A DNA stretch of 64,000 nucleotides from Takakia lepidozioides (taxonomy: Eukaryota; Plantae; Bryophyta), in contig CM060732.1 in the NCBI GenBank assembly GCA_030704615.1, positions 2,542,001-2,606,000 of the forward strand, in the 5' to 3' direction. Shown here piece by piece: positions 11,992 through 24,100 of this stretch (its first letter is position 1; each line of letters opens with the position of its first letter). The notes under the pieces are model-generated. The model saw nothing but the letters and a program-made list of their open reading frames with translations, was not told where the DNA came from and searched no databases. A program made the translations under genes and the position numbers.

Positions 11992-14900
11992 ATGCCGAAG
12001 GGGAGGAAGCAGATGCGTCTACAGGAGGAGATTGCCATCTCCGAGCAGCAGGCCACTCAGGCAACCCAGCCACCAGTGAGAGCTCCATGCGATCGGGCTG
12101 CGCGCGCAGCTGATCGAGCACCGAACCCCCCCATTTTGCTTCTGTAATTCTTAGACTGAATGCTAGGAGACTTGAATGCAGAACATGTTTGCATGCCTAA
12201 CAGGAAAGGTGGACGTGCTGGAGGGATCGCAGGAATCCGAAGAGCCGCAGGAAGAGTCCGAGGAGCTAGCTGCAGCACGTACACCCCCCGATCCCCGAGC
12301 GCGGGTACTCCTGCCGGGCCTAGCCCTCTGCGATTCAAAGACGCGTCTTCGAAGGGCAAGTTCAAAGTCTCAGAGATCGACTCGCGTTCTTCGATCATGG
12401 AGAATCGCCAGCAGGGGTCGGGCCCTTCTCCAGCAAAGTCGAAGAAGAAGCAGCCCGTCCCTCTACTGGCTTCTGAACCGGCTCAGGCCGATTCACCCCC
12501 CCAACGCGAATGAAGCAGCAGGGTAGAAGACAGATTCTATTGCAGCAGACACCTTCACCTGCAAGGATGAGGAAGCAGAAGGCAATCAGGGCGACGGCCG
12601 AACAATCTCCCGCAAAACCGCTTCCACGAGCTGAAGCTCAGTTCCTGGAGGATTTCCCGCTTGCAGATGTTGGGGCCGACTCTGCTGCAGCGAAGGCAAT
12701 GGGATCGACCGTTGATCTCGATTTGGTACCGGAGGAGGGTGCTGCCGCTGAACGTTCGCAGGCAGACCTCACCACCGATGAGCTAGCAGGCCCGGAGGAG
12801 GCCTCTGCAATGGCAGAATTGCCCGCACACAGGCCCCAGAGTGCAGCTCCAGTTGAGGATGCTCCACCTGCTCAGCCACTACCGGCACCTACAGACATGT
12901 CTCCGGAGGATTTCAAAAGTGCAGCGGATAAAATGTTGGAGGAGACACACAGTAGCATTGGCAGAGTTCTGGGCAGCAGGGTATTCCAGCGGACTCTTCG
13001 AATCCCACTCTGTCGCATGGTCTCCCTTCCCATCGTCAGGCAGGCCCTTCCCGGAGATGTGGATAAGCTCAAGTTCGCATTTCGAGAAGGGTACCGTCTG
13101 GGATCGGCAGCGTTTTACGTTTCCATAGAGAATGAGGACGGCGAAACCGTGGACCCACTGCCGATGAATTGTCAACGTGGGATACCACTGGCACACTCGC
13201 AACCACGAATTCGAGGCGACGCTGAAGGGTGATCCCGACTTCGGCCATATGTCGGGAAAATGTTCTTTGTGTGGGACGGGAATCACCGACTTCTCGCCTG
13301 GTGGGAGTACATCAAGCAGAACCATGCCAAGCACATTGGCTGGCATTACATGGTGGAGTGTGTCATCCTCAAGGTGAAGGCGGCAGACTCCTCCCTCCTC
13401 AAGAATGCCATGGCGGACCTCAACTCGTAAGATACTCATACCCTCCCTAGCACATTCGAAATGCGGTGCCGCATTTCGGTTTCCATTCTGGTTTGATTCC
13501 GTGCTTCCGTGTACTGAACTGGAGAGTGTGCCTTGCAGGGTCACTGAGAATGCGTACGTGCATACCCACATGGCACATATGCTGTACAGGGTGAGGAAAA
13601 CTGGTCTTACGATCCGCAGATGTTTGCGGAAATGCTGGAGCCGGAGCTCATTCAGAAAGCCGTTGCAAAAACAGACCGGACATGGTATCGTCTCACTATG
13701 GATGGAATGGTGGAGGTGATATACGAAGTAGTCGTGCTCCAATTTCCCTCTGCTCATCCTTCCCCAATTTCCGTAAGTAATGTTTCCACATGAATCGAAT
13801 GTAACGCTTCTGCATGTTTTTGTTGGCAGTCAAACATCAAGCTGGATTTGGCCCATGCCAAACGCTTCTTCATGGAAAGTGAGGGGCAGGTCAAAAACGT
13901 TGCAGTCATTGACTGAGCACTTGAAGGAAGCCGGTGTCAAGTCCAGAACCAAATACAAGTCAAAGCTTGTGAAGCTGGTGGCAATTGCAGATCCGGCACT
14001 TGGAAAGGACTTCATCCCCGAGATTGCAAAACACTATTCTCGGGCCATGCAGCCGACCATGCAATTGGAAGAAACTGCATCACCTCTCAACGGCATGTGT
14101 GGAGGCGAAAGAGAAGGTGAGGTTTCAATGCACTGAATTTCCTTCCTAGCAATAGCCACTCTCTTCCAGCCACTGACATTGGATCGGAAATGGCAGACAC
14201 GGTGGCTGTCGATCTGGAATGCATCCGAGAGCATAAGGACAATGTGGTCTTTTCCACTGGAAGTTTCCGACCCTGCAGTGGATGTGTGGCTCAACCGTAT
14301 GACTTGGTGGTTCCAGGTAATTCAAGGTACTCCCCAGATTTGCTTTTCTGACATGAATTCCCTGAACTGCTACGTGACAATGCATTGGGAATGGCAGGTA
14401 ATGTAATGTCGAATGCAAAGGAGCAAGTCGTAATGCACACAAATTCGTTCGGCTTGTACGTCAAATGGGATGGAACACAGACATTGGAAGACTACGTGAC
14501 ACGTTTCAGATGTGCGTACAAGGACAACCTTTTCGCCAGAGAGCTACAGACAGCAAGAAGGAGCGTGGAGTTTACACATCAGGAGGGAGCGGGGAAAGCT
14601 GCAATGCGAATTGTTTACAGGTGAAGCACAGCTGCCCTTGTATGCGAAGCCTGGTTACGAGGTTTGTCTCGGAAATGCGGCACCGCATTCGCATTTTATG
14701 TTTTCGGTGGCACTCTGCAGTAGGTTGGTCTCAAGTTTGCTCACGCATGCTGACTGCCTTGCAGGTATATGAAATACGTGCTCCTTCAGACAGGGGCCCT
14801 GGCTCAAGAGCCCCCGTTCTTCATGGCTTGGACCGTGGCGGGCCCAAGCTGTGTCTACACACCCGAGATGCAGAAACAATGGCATCCCGCGCATCTCGTT

Positions 14901-17119
14901 GGATGCCCGTGGTACCTGGACATGTCTGGCGGTATTGTTGACGAGTCTGAGAAGAAAGATCTGCACGCCTTGGCAGAAGAGAAGAGAAAGGAAAGACGTG
15001 TCCCTGCTGGGCCAAAGTCGGCAAAGGAATCTGCTGCTCTGGAAGAATCCAGAAAGGCAGCTGAGATGGCACAAAAGACGGTGGATGCAGCTGTGCAGGC
15101 CCAACAGAAGGGGTCGAAGAAGAGGACTCGCCAGCAAGGAGCAGCTGTTGTGACACCCGCCAAAACGAAGAAGCAAAAAACAGCCTGTTCAGGAAGAGGG
15201 TGAGGAAGAGGACTCCGATGGAGACTTTGCAACCAGCCCACCCCCCAAACGCAGGCTGCCTCCCCTGTGCCCACCGTTGTCACGAGAGGCACGAGAACTG
15301 GCTCGGCAAAGAAGGCACTCTTCAACCCCCCAGGGGGGCACCCTTTCGAGCCGGTGGAAATGAAGAGGCCGAAAGTGGCTCCCGAAACTGTAGTCCAGTG
15401 TGTGTAAATGAGAGTTTCTTGGCGGCTTTGGATGGACGGGCAGCCAAGTTGGCATACATGAAGACCATGGAGGGTCTGAAGGGCAGAGCACTGAAGAAGG
15501 CGACTGCCGAAGAGCCTTCCGACACCCCAGGATTTCAGAATATGGTCTCGTTCTTTGAGAGGGTGTGTGCAGACAAGGATTGTAGGAGGGGCGGAAATGC
15601 CACCGAGTGGTCTTGCGATATGATCATCTTGGATATTCCGGACGGAGAGCCTGTGGAAGGACTGCAAGCTTTGCCATCTTGGAACAGGTACTCGGAGGAC
15701 TTTGGAAGAAAGGATTCGGGCTTGCCCGCATGGTGTTGGACGACAGAGGCTGTGTGGTTGTCCTGGCGAGCAGAGGAAAAAAACACTCAGACAGGAATTG
15801 CGAAGTGGACCCGCAAGAGCGCCGCCGATTCTGAAAAAGAAGTGGACGTGCATCAACACACTGGGCTTCGGTCGGAAGGGAAGAAGGTGATTACGACACT
15901 GGCACTCGTCCATTCATTTGCTTGGGTGCTTTCAAATGCGTGCCGCATTCGGTTTCTAATCGTTTTCCCCTGTGTATGCAGACGAAGCAGTTCGATGCAT
16001 ACTGCTTTGTGAAGGAAAACTCCACCTTTGCTTTCCGGAAGGAGGGAGGAAAGGTTGACCCGAACTGCGACCCACTCGATTACGACGTTCTGTTCAACAA
16101 CGTTCCCAAGGAACTTCTCCCTCATAGCCTCACTTCAACGGAACCCCTGCGGTACTCACGGACTCGGAGCCCTGCCTTCATTCAGACAATTATGGAGACA
16201 TGCACAGACGTGGAGGGCACAGTGCTGGACCTCATCTGTGGGACAGGTATGCAGAATCTTGATCTCTGCTGTTCTGCAAATTCTCGTTAGGATGTAGTTC
16301 GCAACATCTGAAGCGCCATGTGGTAATGTGTGGATGGCATTGTAACAGGTGCCTCAATGTGGGCTGGGCGGTTTTCCGACCGGCACCTCTTTGCCTACGA
16401 GGAGGATTCATCCGTGTGGGGATCCCATCTGGAGGGGCTGCAACGGAATGTGAAGGCTCCCGACAGAGCGGAAGTCTCCTCGGATTCGTCGGAGTCCGAG
16501 GAAGACACAGTGGACATTGATGCGGAGGAGGAGAACCCGGAATACGAGTGAGTGCAAACATTGTAAGTTTGCAAAGCCTTCTGGGTCATTTATGTCAAAG
16601 GAATTTCCCGACTGTGGTTCTCATTAGTCTCGTTGATGATTGTCATGTGCAGGATTGCAGGGTCCGGGTCGAAACATGTAGGGCCTACACTTCCTGCCAG
16701 GAAGAATGTCCCGTTCTTTGCGAGGGCCGACTTCATGACGAGCCCGGTGAGGGACTACTCCCTTCCTAGTTATGCAGCTAAACTCGCAAATACAGCGATT
16801 AGAAGAAGTGAGAATCCCAGTAAAGTAGAGCAGATTTTGGAGAGGGCTAGGGAGGACAGAAGGATAAGGAAAGAGTTGGCAGCAGCTCAGACAGGTAGAC
16901 GGGTACGAAAGTACATATGTGATTCAGCGGATGAGAGCGACGCAGACAGGGAGGAAGACGACCCAACGGAGGTGAGATGGACAGTTCCGCAAGGGGAAGA
17001 TGGGATTTTCGAAAGCCTGGCCAACGAGCAGCGTGGAGCTGAGAGAAGGCACTGAGGGGGTGGAGGAGGAGCAGGACAGTCTAGAACAGGATGAGGATTC
17101 CGATGATTTTCAAGATTAA
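11992..17119 (+). pseudogene. ~10-exon gene: ParB/Srx-like domain fused to a beta-class N6A/N4C DNA methyltransferase-like domain (frameshifted copy)
   Basis: Runs from ATG 11992 (MPKGRKQ) to TAA 17119. The ParB-like exon contains FVWDGNHRLLAW. MTase motifs are in beta order: CDMIILDIPDG (IV), ARMVLDDRGCVVV, then RSPAFIQTIMETCTDVEGTVLDLICGTG|ASMWAGRFSDRHLFAYEED (X, I, II) across intron ~16247-16348. GT-AG donors lie near 12075, 13426, 13728, 14118, 14317, 14621, 16247 and 16548. Confidence 0.8.
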
Positions 17120-17259
17120 TAGAATTTTAATGAAGTCTCTGTAAATGTAAATTCTCTTCCAGAGTATATAAAGAAAATTCTGCCCGACATTCGTGACCCC
17201 TCTCCAGTGTGCATTCCAGCCACACAATCGCCCAAACCAGGACGCTCCCAAAATCAGAA

Positions 17260-18130
17260 ATGGGTCAGGGCATTTCCAAAATTTTGGCAACTCTAAGAAC
17301 CTCTTTTGGAAATGCGGCACCGCATTCCAAAACAGGGGAGGGACTAATTTTTCCATTTCAATGTTGGCATAGTAAAAAGTAATCTGAATTGGGAATGCGG
17401 TGCCGCATTTCCAAAATTTCCTTTGTCCACACGCCAGTTTTGGCCTCTCCCGCTCATTGCATGGATGCCACCACGCTTACAGAGGTCGAACAAGGAGGTC
17501 GAACAAGGAGGCCGACATGGCGGGATTGGAAATGCGGTGCCGCATTTCCATATTGGGGATGGGTTTGTTCGAACTGCAGACCCATCAGCAAAAACTGGCA
17601 CCGCATTCCATTGTAAAAAAAAAGTCGATGACGGACATGGAAATGCGGCGCCGCATTTCCAGAACGGACATCGCAATTTGTCAATTTGCAGACCCTCTCT
17701 CGGAAATGCGGTAACGCATTCCATCGCGCTGGTCGGAAATAGGTGCCACTTTTCGAAGTGTTGGACGGAAATGCGGCACCGCATTCCCTTGTCCAAAAAG
17801 AAGTTTCCATTGCCAAGCTGGAAATGCGTCGCCACATTTGCCATGCCAACCTCGTTTTCTGATCAATTTATAGACCCGTGTTGGTATTTCGTGTACCTGG
17901 ACGGAAATGATGCACCGCATTTTCTTGTCCCACATGGAAATGCGGTGCGGAATTCGATGTCCGACATGGAAATGCGGTGCCGCATTTCGATGTCCGACAT
18001 GGAAATGCTGTGCCGCATTTCGATGCGGACATGGAAATGCGGGCACCGCATTTCGATCCCGACATGGAAATGCGGCGCCGCATTTCGATGCCGACATGGA
18101 AATGCGCTGGCGGTGCCGCATTCAATGTCC
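17260..18130. repeat. Second palindrome cluster, ending in a 32-33 bp tandem run
   Basis: Same 22-bp palindrome. Tandem copies at 17936, 17968, 18001, 18033, 18066 and 18098. Confidence 0.9.
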
Positions 18131-18636
18131 GACATGGCGTTACTCTGGTATATTCGACACATGACTCACATACCGGTTACTCTGCTTTATTCAACCAGAC
18201 AGACAAATTGTAGAAATGAGACATCAAATTGTAAACAGTGGGCCAAATCCGAGAGTTATTCAACACAATGAAACAAATCATACAGAAGTGAGGTACATTC
18301 CGGGCACAGTCACTGCCAGGTGGGCCGATAGCCACTGGACACGACGAAGTCCATCCCCTCTTCGATGTAAATGCGGCGCCGAATTTCCATCCGGGGGGAT
18401 GGACTTCGGTGGCAGATCTCAAACTATAACTTGTTGATGAGAAAGATGTATGGGTTCATCCACCGCTGGCGTGATGAACACGTTCCACTCCGTCGGTGGG
18501 TACGTGTGACCCAGATGCTCCATTTTGGAGGCCGGACTGCTCTTCCGCTTCGTATCTTTTCCAAAATCTAAGGGCTTTCGTAGCTGTCCGCAAGGTCATC
18601 GGCATCCAAGTCGTCCTCAGGTCCTCCTTTGCAAGG

Positions 18637-19212
18637 ATGCCGTGCTTCCGGAACCGGGACGACTGCCCCTTTGGAGGCATCGATTATGCAATGTATTCGG
18701 CACATCGGGAGACATTGTTATCTGGTACACAGATTACACAGAAGATACTGGTTCGATTGTGGAAACATTGGTGGCTTTTGAGTATATCGTAGGCCACTAC
18801 GCCTTCGAGCGGGGTGACGATCTTGGTTTGAGGAGTCCGTGGCTCCTGCGCATCCTCGATTCCGATTTTCCCAGCTACGACGGTCACCCATGCAGAAGAA
18901 GGCGCACTGCTATGCTGTTTGCGGTGGAACTGCTGCCACTGGACGTGGGTGGACTCCATCGGAGAGACCTATTCTCCTCGAGGAGTGCGCTCCTCTTCTC
19001 CATTGTATGGGGACATTCGCATTGGTGTGGACGACGAAAACGTGAAGATTTCCATATTCGATGGTGGTATGATTGAAGGGCAGGACATGTGGTGAACATC
19101 ACTAGGGGCGGTACAACGGCTGCAATCGACTTTACATGGAGGAGCCCAGGACTCATGAGCTAGTTCTGAGAGCAGTCGAAGTCCCATTGACAACGTGACT
19201 TGTATTCAGTAG
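18637..19212 (+). pseudogene. Unknown cargo protein, paralog 1 (frameshifted)
   Basis: Encodes MPCFRNRDDCPFGGIDYAMYS..SGDIVIWY...FEYIVGHYAFER...PWLLRILDSDFPSYDG...RWNCCHWT...YGDIRI. It aligns motif by motif with ORF 28445-29023, and a second copy lies at ~61000-61590 (-). Confidence 0.65.
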
Positions 19213-19559
19213 GCACAGGGCTCAAGATTTGAGGGCACAATCAGCACAGTAGACGTGCTTCAAATGCAATTCATGTGGATCAATAAAAACCTCATTGTGC
19301 CCTCTTTTTATTCTATTCTGTGTCCATTGTTCCGAGAATGCGTCATTGCTCATTTCGTTTGGGATTGGGAGTGTGGGTGAATTTTGCAAATGGCTGGTAG
19401 GCTGAACGGGCCCACCATTGTACAGCAGAGTACCAAGTACACCACACCACCCTACCATTGCGAAACATTGCCTTTCAATATATAAATTCTAAATCCACAT
19501 TGCCGCTACTCCTTTCATCGGGAGGTCCCTTCTCCCCCTATGACCGTGGCACCATAAAC

Positions 19560-19676
19560 CCTATTCCCGCGGACACTCATTTCCGGAAAATAGTGCTGCT
19601 CATGTTTTTTTACACATACGACTCTGCTCATGGCTCATGCCGCTCATGGCTCATGGCTCATGAAATAGCAGCCCCC
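19560..19676 (-). repeat. Terminal inverted repeat with GGCTCAT subterminal repeats, right end of element A
   Basis: ctcatggctcatgccgctcatggctcatggctcatgaaatagcagccccc; an inverted copy starts at 60575. Confidence 0.85.
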
Positions 19677-19688
19677 GACCCTAGGCTG

Positions 19689-20760
19689 CTAACTCTTCTG
19701 TTGTCGGGCATGCGATCCACCTTCCTCATTCTCAATGGAAACATAGAAGGCGGCAGACCCCAGCCAATAGCCTTCTTGGAATGCGAACTTCATCTTATCC
19801 ACATCCCTTGCGAGAGCAAGCCTCACTATCAGGAGGGAGACCATTCGACAGAGTGGAATTCGCAGTGTGCAAGGGAAGACCTTGGTCCTAAGAACTCTGC
19901 CAATGCTGCTGTGAGTCTCCTCCAACATTTGATTCTCTGCACTCTGAAAATCCTCTTGCGACATTTTTGGGGGTGGGGGAAGGGGCTGTTCAGATGGACC
20001 ACCCAGAGCCGTGCCTGTATTCTTGGGAATGTAGCCGGGCAGATCATGTGGGAGAATGTAGTCATCCATACCTCCCCTATTGTCACGAAAGTCCTATTCT
20101 AGGTAGGAGAAGTCGAGCTCCCCATGTTAAGAAACAACACCTTCATCCGCTGAAAGATCGACCAGGACAGGAGTGCTAGAGATCGTCATCGGAGCAGCTG
20201 CCCGAGCTTCTGCAGAGTTGCCCCCGGTTTCCTTCTGAAACTCCTGCAAGAACTGAGCTTCAACATGTGGAGGGGTTTTGCTGGAGACTGCTCTGCCCTT
20301 GCTTTTGCCCCCTTCTGCTTCTTACTCTTTGCAAGGGAAGGGGACTCCTCCGTTCTCATCCGATTCTCCACCGCCCCGTCTACTTCTTGCTCTTCGTAGG
20401 GGAAGGGGACTGATCCGATGGGGTAGTATATTCCTCAACAACCGCCTGATGCTTCATGCTCTTTAATTTTTTGGAGAAGGGGACGACCCATGTTGGCGAC
20501 TCTCCATCATCTTCATCGTCAAATTGCCTCTTTCTCTGCTGCTTTCGACTTGAAACCTTTACCTTTCCAAAGCACGTCCTTGAAGCGCACAAGGTTAGGC
20601 CCGACAGGAGGACCCATGCTAGACGGTCGAGGGTGTGTGCGGGCTGCAGTAGCTTCCTCCTTTTCGTCCTGCGGGTCTTCAGAGCCCTACGATCCCTCCA
20701 CCACCTCACTATGAGGCTGTGCAACATAAGAGAAACTAAAGAGAAGAAATGAGGCAAAGA
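19689..20760 (-). pseudogene. Subfamily C ParB-like gene, degraded 5' part, truncated near the end of element A
   Basis: Encodes MSQEDFQSAENQMLEETHSSIGRVLRTKVFPCTLRIPLCRMVSLLIVRLALARDVDKMKFAFQEGY, with SPAK-rich N-terminal fragments. Confidence 0.75.
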
Positions 20761-21136
20761 ATGGTGTTGGAAGGGGTGTTAGAGCAGTGAAAGAGTCACC
20801 AGCGAAAGATGACATCAAACGGCGGAGATGCACCGTATGGATTCAAAAGGTCAGGGCCTACGTGTCTCCTCGTGAGGCAGGTGGCCCCTACGTCGCTGGA
20901 AAATTGAATTCGAAGAAATAGAGGTCTAGTGTCTGTTGGACAGTCAGTGATGATGCAACGGTCCGGCATTACCGCCTCCGAATATGTGTTGGCAATGACC
21001 CCTTCAACTGCCATTTCAGCCTCTATGAGTCAACAGACCAAATGCGATTCGGCATTAGTGGCCGTTCGATCAGGATACCTCCCTACTGCATCACGAAAGA
21101 GGATAAAGATGCCAGGGAGGATGGCAGTCAGTGGTA

Positions 21137-24100
21137 AATGCGGTACCGCATTTCCGTCCCCTTCATGAACCCTCTTTACCGAAGGCAAGCGTGGAGGGCA
21201 GCTGGGACGGAAATACGGCACCGCTTTTCCGTCCCTATTCTCAGGATGGTAAGGCTGGATGGTTGGATTTGCGGCCATCCTATCATGAAGAAAAGGTTGT
21301 TTGGCAAGTTCGACGGGAATGCGGTGCCACACTTCCGTTTCGCTGTCCTATCTGCCAGAGTAAGTGGTAGCGGGCCTGGAATGCGGCACCGCAATTCCGT
21401 CGAAGCTGTCATTAAGAAAATGTACAATGACAGTCCGGACGGAAATGCGGCGTCGCATTTCCCTTCAACTGCCAAGTACGCAAACTGAAGTGGTCTTCTA
21501 GACGGAAATGCGGCACCGCATTTCCGTCCCACCAAAAATGAAGGGATGGTCCACTATCAGTCCGGACGGAAATACGGTGGCGCGTTTCCGTCCAGACTCT
21601 CGGGAAAGCAATGTCTGGATGGGGATCTGACCACCTGTTTAGGGATCGTACAGTTGGAGCCCAGACGGAAATGTTGCACCGCATTTCCGTCCAGACTGTT
21701 AAAAATGCATGGTGGAATGGGAGCCCGGACGGAAATGCGGCACCGGATTATCATCCCACCATGTATCAAGGATACTTAGGTGTGAGTTAGGAAATGCGGC
21801 ACCGCATTTCCATCCACAATGGTAGAAAGGCATGGTCCAGTGGGACCCCAAACGGAAATGCGGCGCCGTATTTCCGTCCCACCAGGTGTTAAGGGATGCT
21901 TAGGTGTCAGTCCGGACGAAAATGCGGCAACGCATTTCCGTCCAGACTGTTAAAAATGCATGGTGGAATGGGAGCCCGGACGGAAATGCGGCACCGGATT
22001 ATCATCCCACCATGTGTCAAGGATGCTTAGGTGTCAGTTAGGACGGAAATGCGGCACCACATATCCATCCACAATGGTAGGAAGGCATGGTTCAGTGGGA
22101 ACCCGGATGGAAATGCGGTGCCGCATTTCCGTCCCACTAGGTATAAAGTGATCGGTAGGTGTCAGTCCGGACAAAAATGCGGCAGCGCATTTTCGTCGCC
22201 AGGTTCATCCCACCCACCTCTTTTCCCCAAATGATGATCATCGTGCAAAGGGGGATGTGAGTTAGGACGGAAATGCGGTGCCGCATTTCCGTCTCGACTG
22301 CCATCCACCCGTGCTCTTTGAAAGTCGTTTGACGGTGTTTTTTTTTTTTCCCCTCTAGTCATTCCCGCTGGATGGTAATTGCGGCGCCGCATTTTCAACC
22401 ACAGGGGGGAGGGGGGAAATAACCCCTGATTGTTTTTCCTCTAGTCATCGCCGCTGGATTGAAATGCGGTGCCGCATTTCCATCCGAAGGGGTGAAAACA
22501 AGAAATAAAAAATTCTCAGTTTATCTTTTTTATCTTTTTTTTCTCTTGTCATCCCCGCTAGATGGAAATGCGGCGCCGCATTTCCAACAACAGATGGTAG
22601 AGGGGGGCGGGGGGGTGGAAAAAACAACCCTAACTTTATTTTTTCTTGTCATCGCCACTAAATTGAAATGCGGCGCCGCATTTCCGTCCATAGGGGTGGG
22701 GACAAAAAAAGTTTTTGTTCTTTCTTTGTTTGTTTTTTCCCCCCTCCCCTGCCCCCCTCTAGTCATCCCCGCTGGATGGAAATGCGGCGCCACATTTCCA
22801 ACAACAGGGGATGGAAGGGGGAAAAAAAAATAACCCTAACCGTTTTTTTCCTCTTGTCATCGCCGCTGTATTGAAATGCGGCGCCGCATTTCCGCCCATA
22901 GGGGTGGGGACAAAAAAATTTTTTTTTTTTTTTTTTTTTTGCCCCCACCCCCGTCTGCCCTTAGTCATCCCCGCTGGATGGAAATGCGGCGCCGCATTTC
23001 CAACAACAGGGGATAGAAGGGGGAAAAAAAATAATCCTAACCATTTTTTTTCCTCTTGTCATCGTCGCTGGATTGAAATGCGGTGCCGCATTTCCGTCCA
23101 TAGGGGTGGGGACAAAAATAAATCCCCCCCCCCCCCAACTTTTTTAGTCATCCCCGCTGGATGGAAATGCGGTGTCGCATTTCCAACAACAAGGGGTAGA
23201 AGGGGGAAAAAAATAACCCTAACCGTTTTTCTTCCTCTTGTCATCGCCGCTGGATTGAAATGCGGCGCTGCATTTCCGTCCATACGGTGGGGGGGGCTGT
23301 GGGGGGAAAAAATAAAAAAAATAAAACAAATTTGTGGGGTTTTTTTTTTTTTCTTGGTTGTTCTCTAGTCATCCCCGCTGGATGGAATGCGGCGCCGCAT
23401 TTCCAACAACAGGGGGAATAGAGAGGACAAACAATAACCCTAACCTTTTTTTTCCTCTTGTCATCGCCGCTGGATTGAAATGCGGCGCCGCATTTGCGTC
23501 CATAGGGGTGAAAGGCAAAAAATAAATAAATAAATGAAGTTTGTTTTTTTGTTTTTTTTTTTGCCCTCTCTAGTCATCCCCGCAGGATCGAAATGCGATG
23601 CCGCATTTCCAACAACAGGGGGTAGAGGGGGGGGAAAAAAATAACCGTAAAACATTTTCTTTTCTCTTCTCATCGCCGCTGGATTGAAATGCGGCGCCGC
23701 ATTTCGGCCTATAGGGGGTAGAGAAAAAAAAATCCAAAAAAATTTTTTTCCTTGTTTTTTCTAGCTCTACCCGTTGGATGGAAATGCGGTGCCGCATTTC
23801 CGACCACAGGGGGTGGCGGGTAAGAAAAACCAGAACCCTAATTTTTTTTTCTCTATAGTCATCGTCGTTGGATAGAAATGCGGCGCCGCATTTCCAGAAG
23901 GCAATGGGTGTATGGCAGGTGGGACGGAACACTGTCATGGAGGCAAGGGTAACTGGTAGTGGCGATTGAAATGCGGCACCGCATTTCCATCCCACTGTTA
24001 TGGAGGCAAGGGTAACTGGTAGTGGGGACGGCCGAAATGCGGCACCGCATTTGCGTCCCCACTGTTATGAATGCAAGGTCTTCCGGCAGTCCGGACGGAA

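Larger units (their letters stand above)
5017..19676. mobile_element. Element A: 14.7-kb Mutator-like transposon carrying a GCM-MULE-SWIM transposase and a ParB-MTase gene
   Basis: The left end GAGGTTTACTATTTCATGAGC and the reverse complement of the right end GGGGGCTGCTATTTCATGAGC form imperfect TIRs. The same ends recur at junctions 26536, 38380 and 60575. No TSD is visible. Confidence 0.85.

Noticed and set aside
14855-15913. Long antisense ORFs (14855-15913, 6460-7137, 45450-46220, 39963-40655)
   Set aside because: They are shadows of the coding strand in GC-rich or low-complexity exons and have no independent motifs.
11992-17119. Bacterial plasmid/phage ParABS or restriction-modification contamination
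   Set aside because: The gene is split by multiple conserved GT-AG introns, lies within MULE TIRs next to PPR and CACTA sequence, and has no ParA or endonuclease partner.
5008-19686. Target-site duplication for element A (ggcatccta vs gaccctagg)
   Set aside because: Only a partial CCTA resemblance, and the two flanks derive from different subfamilies.
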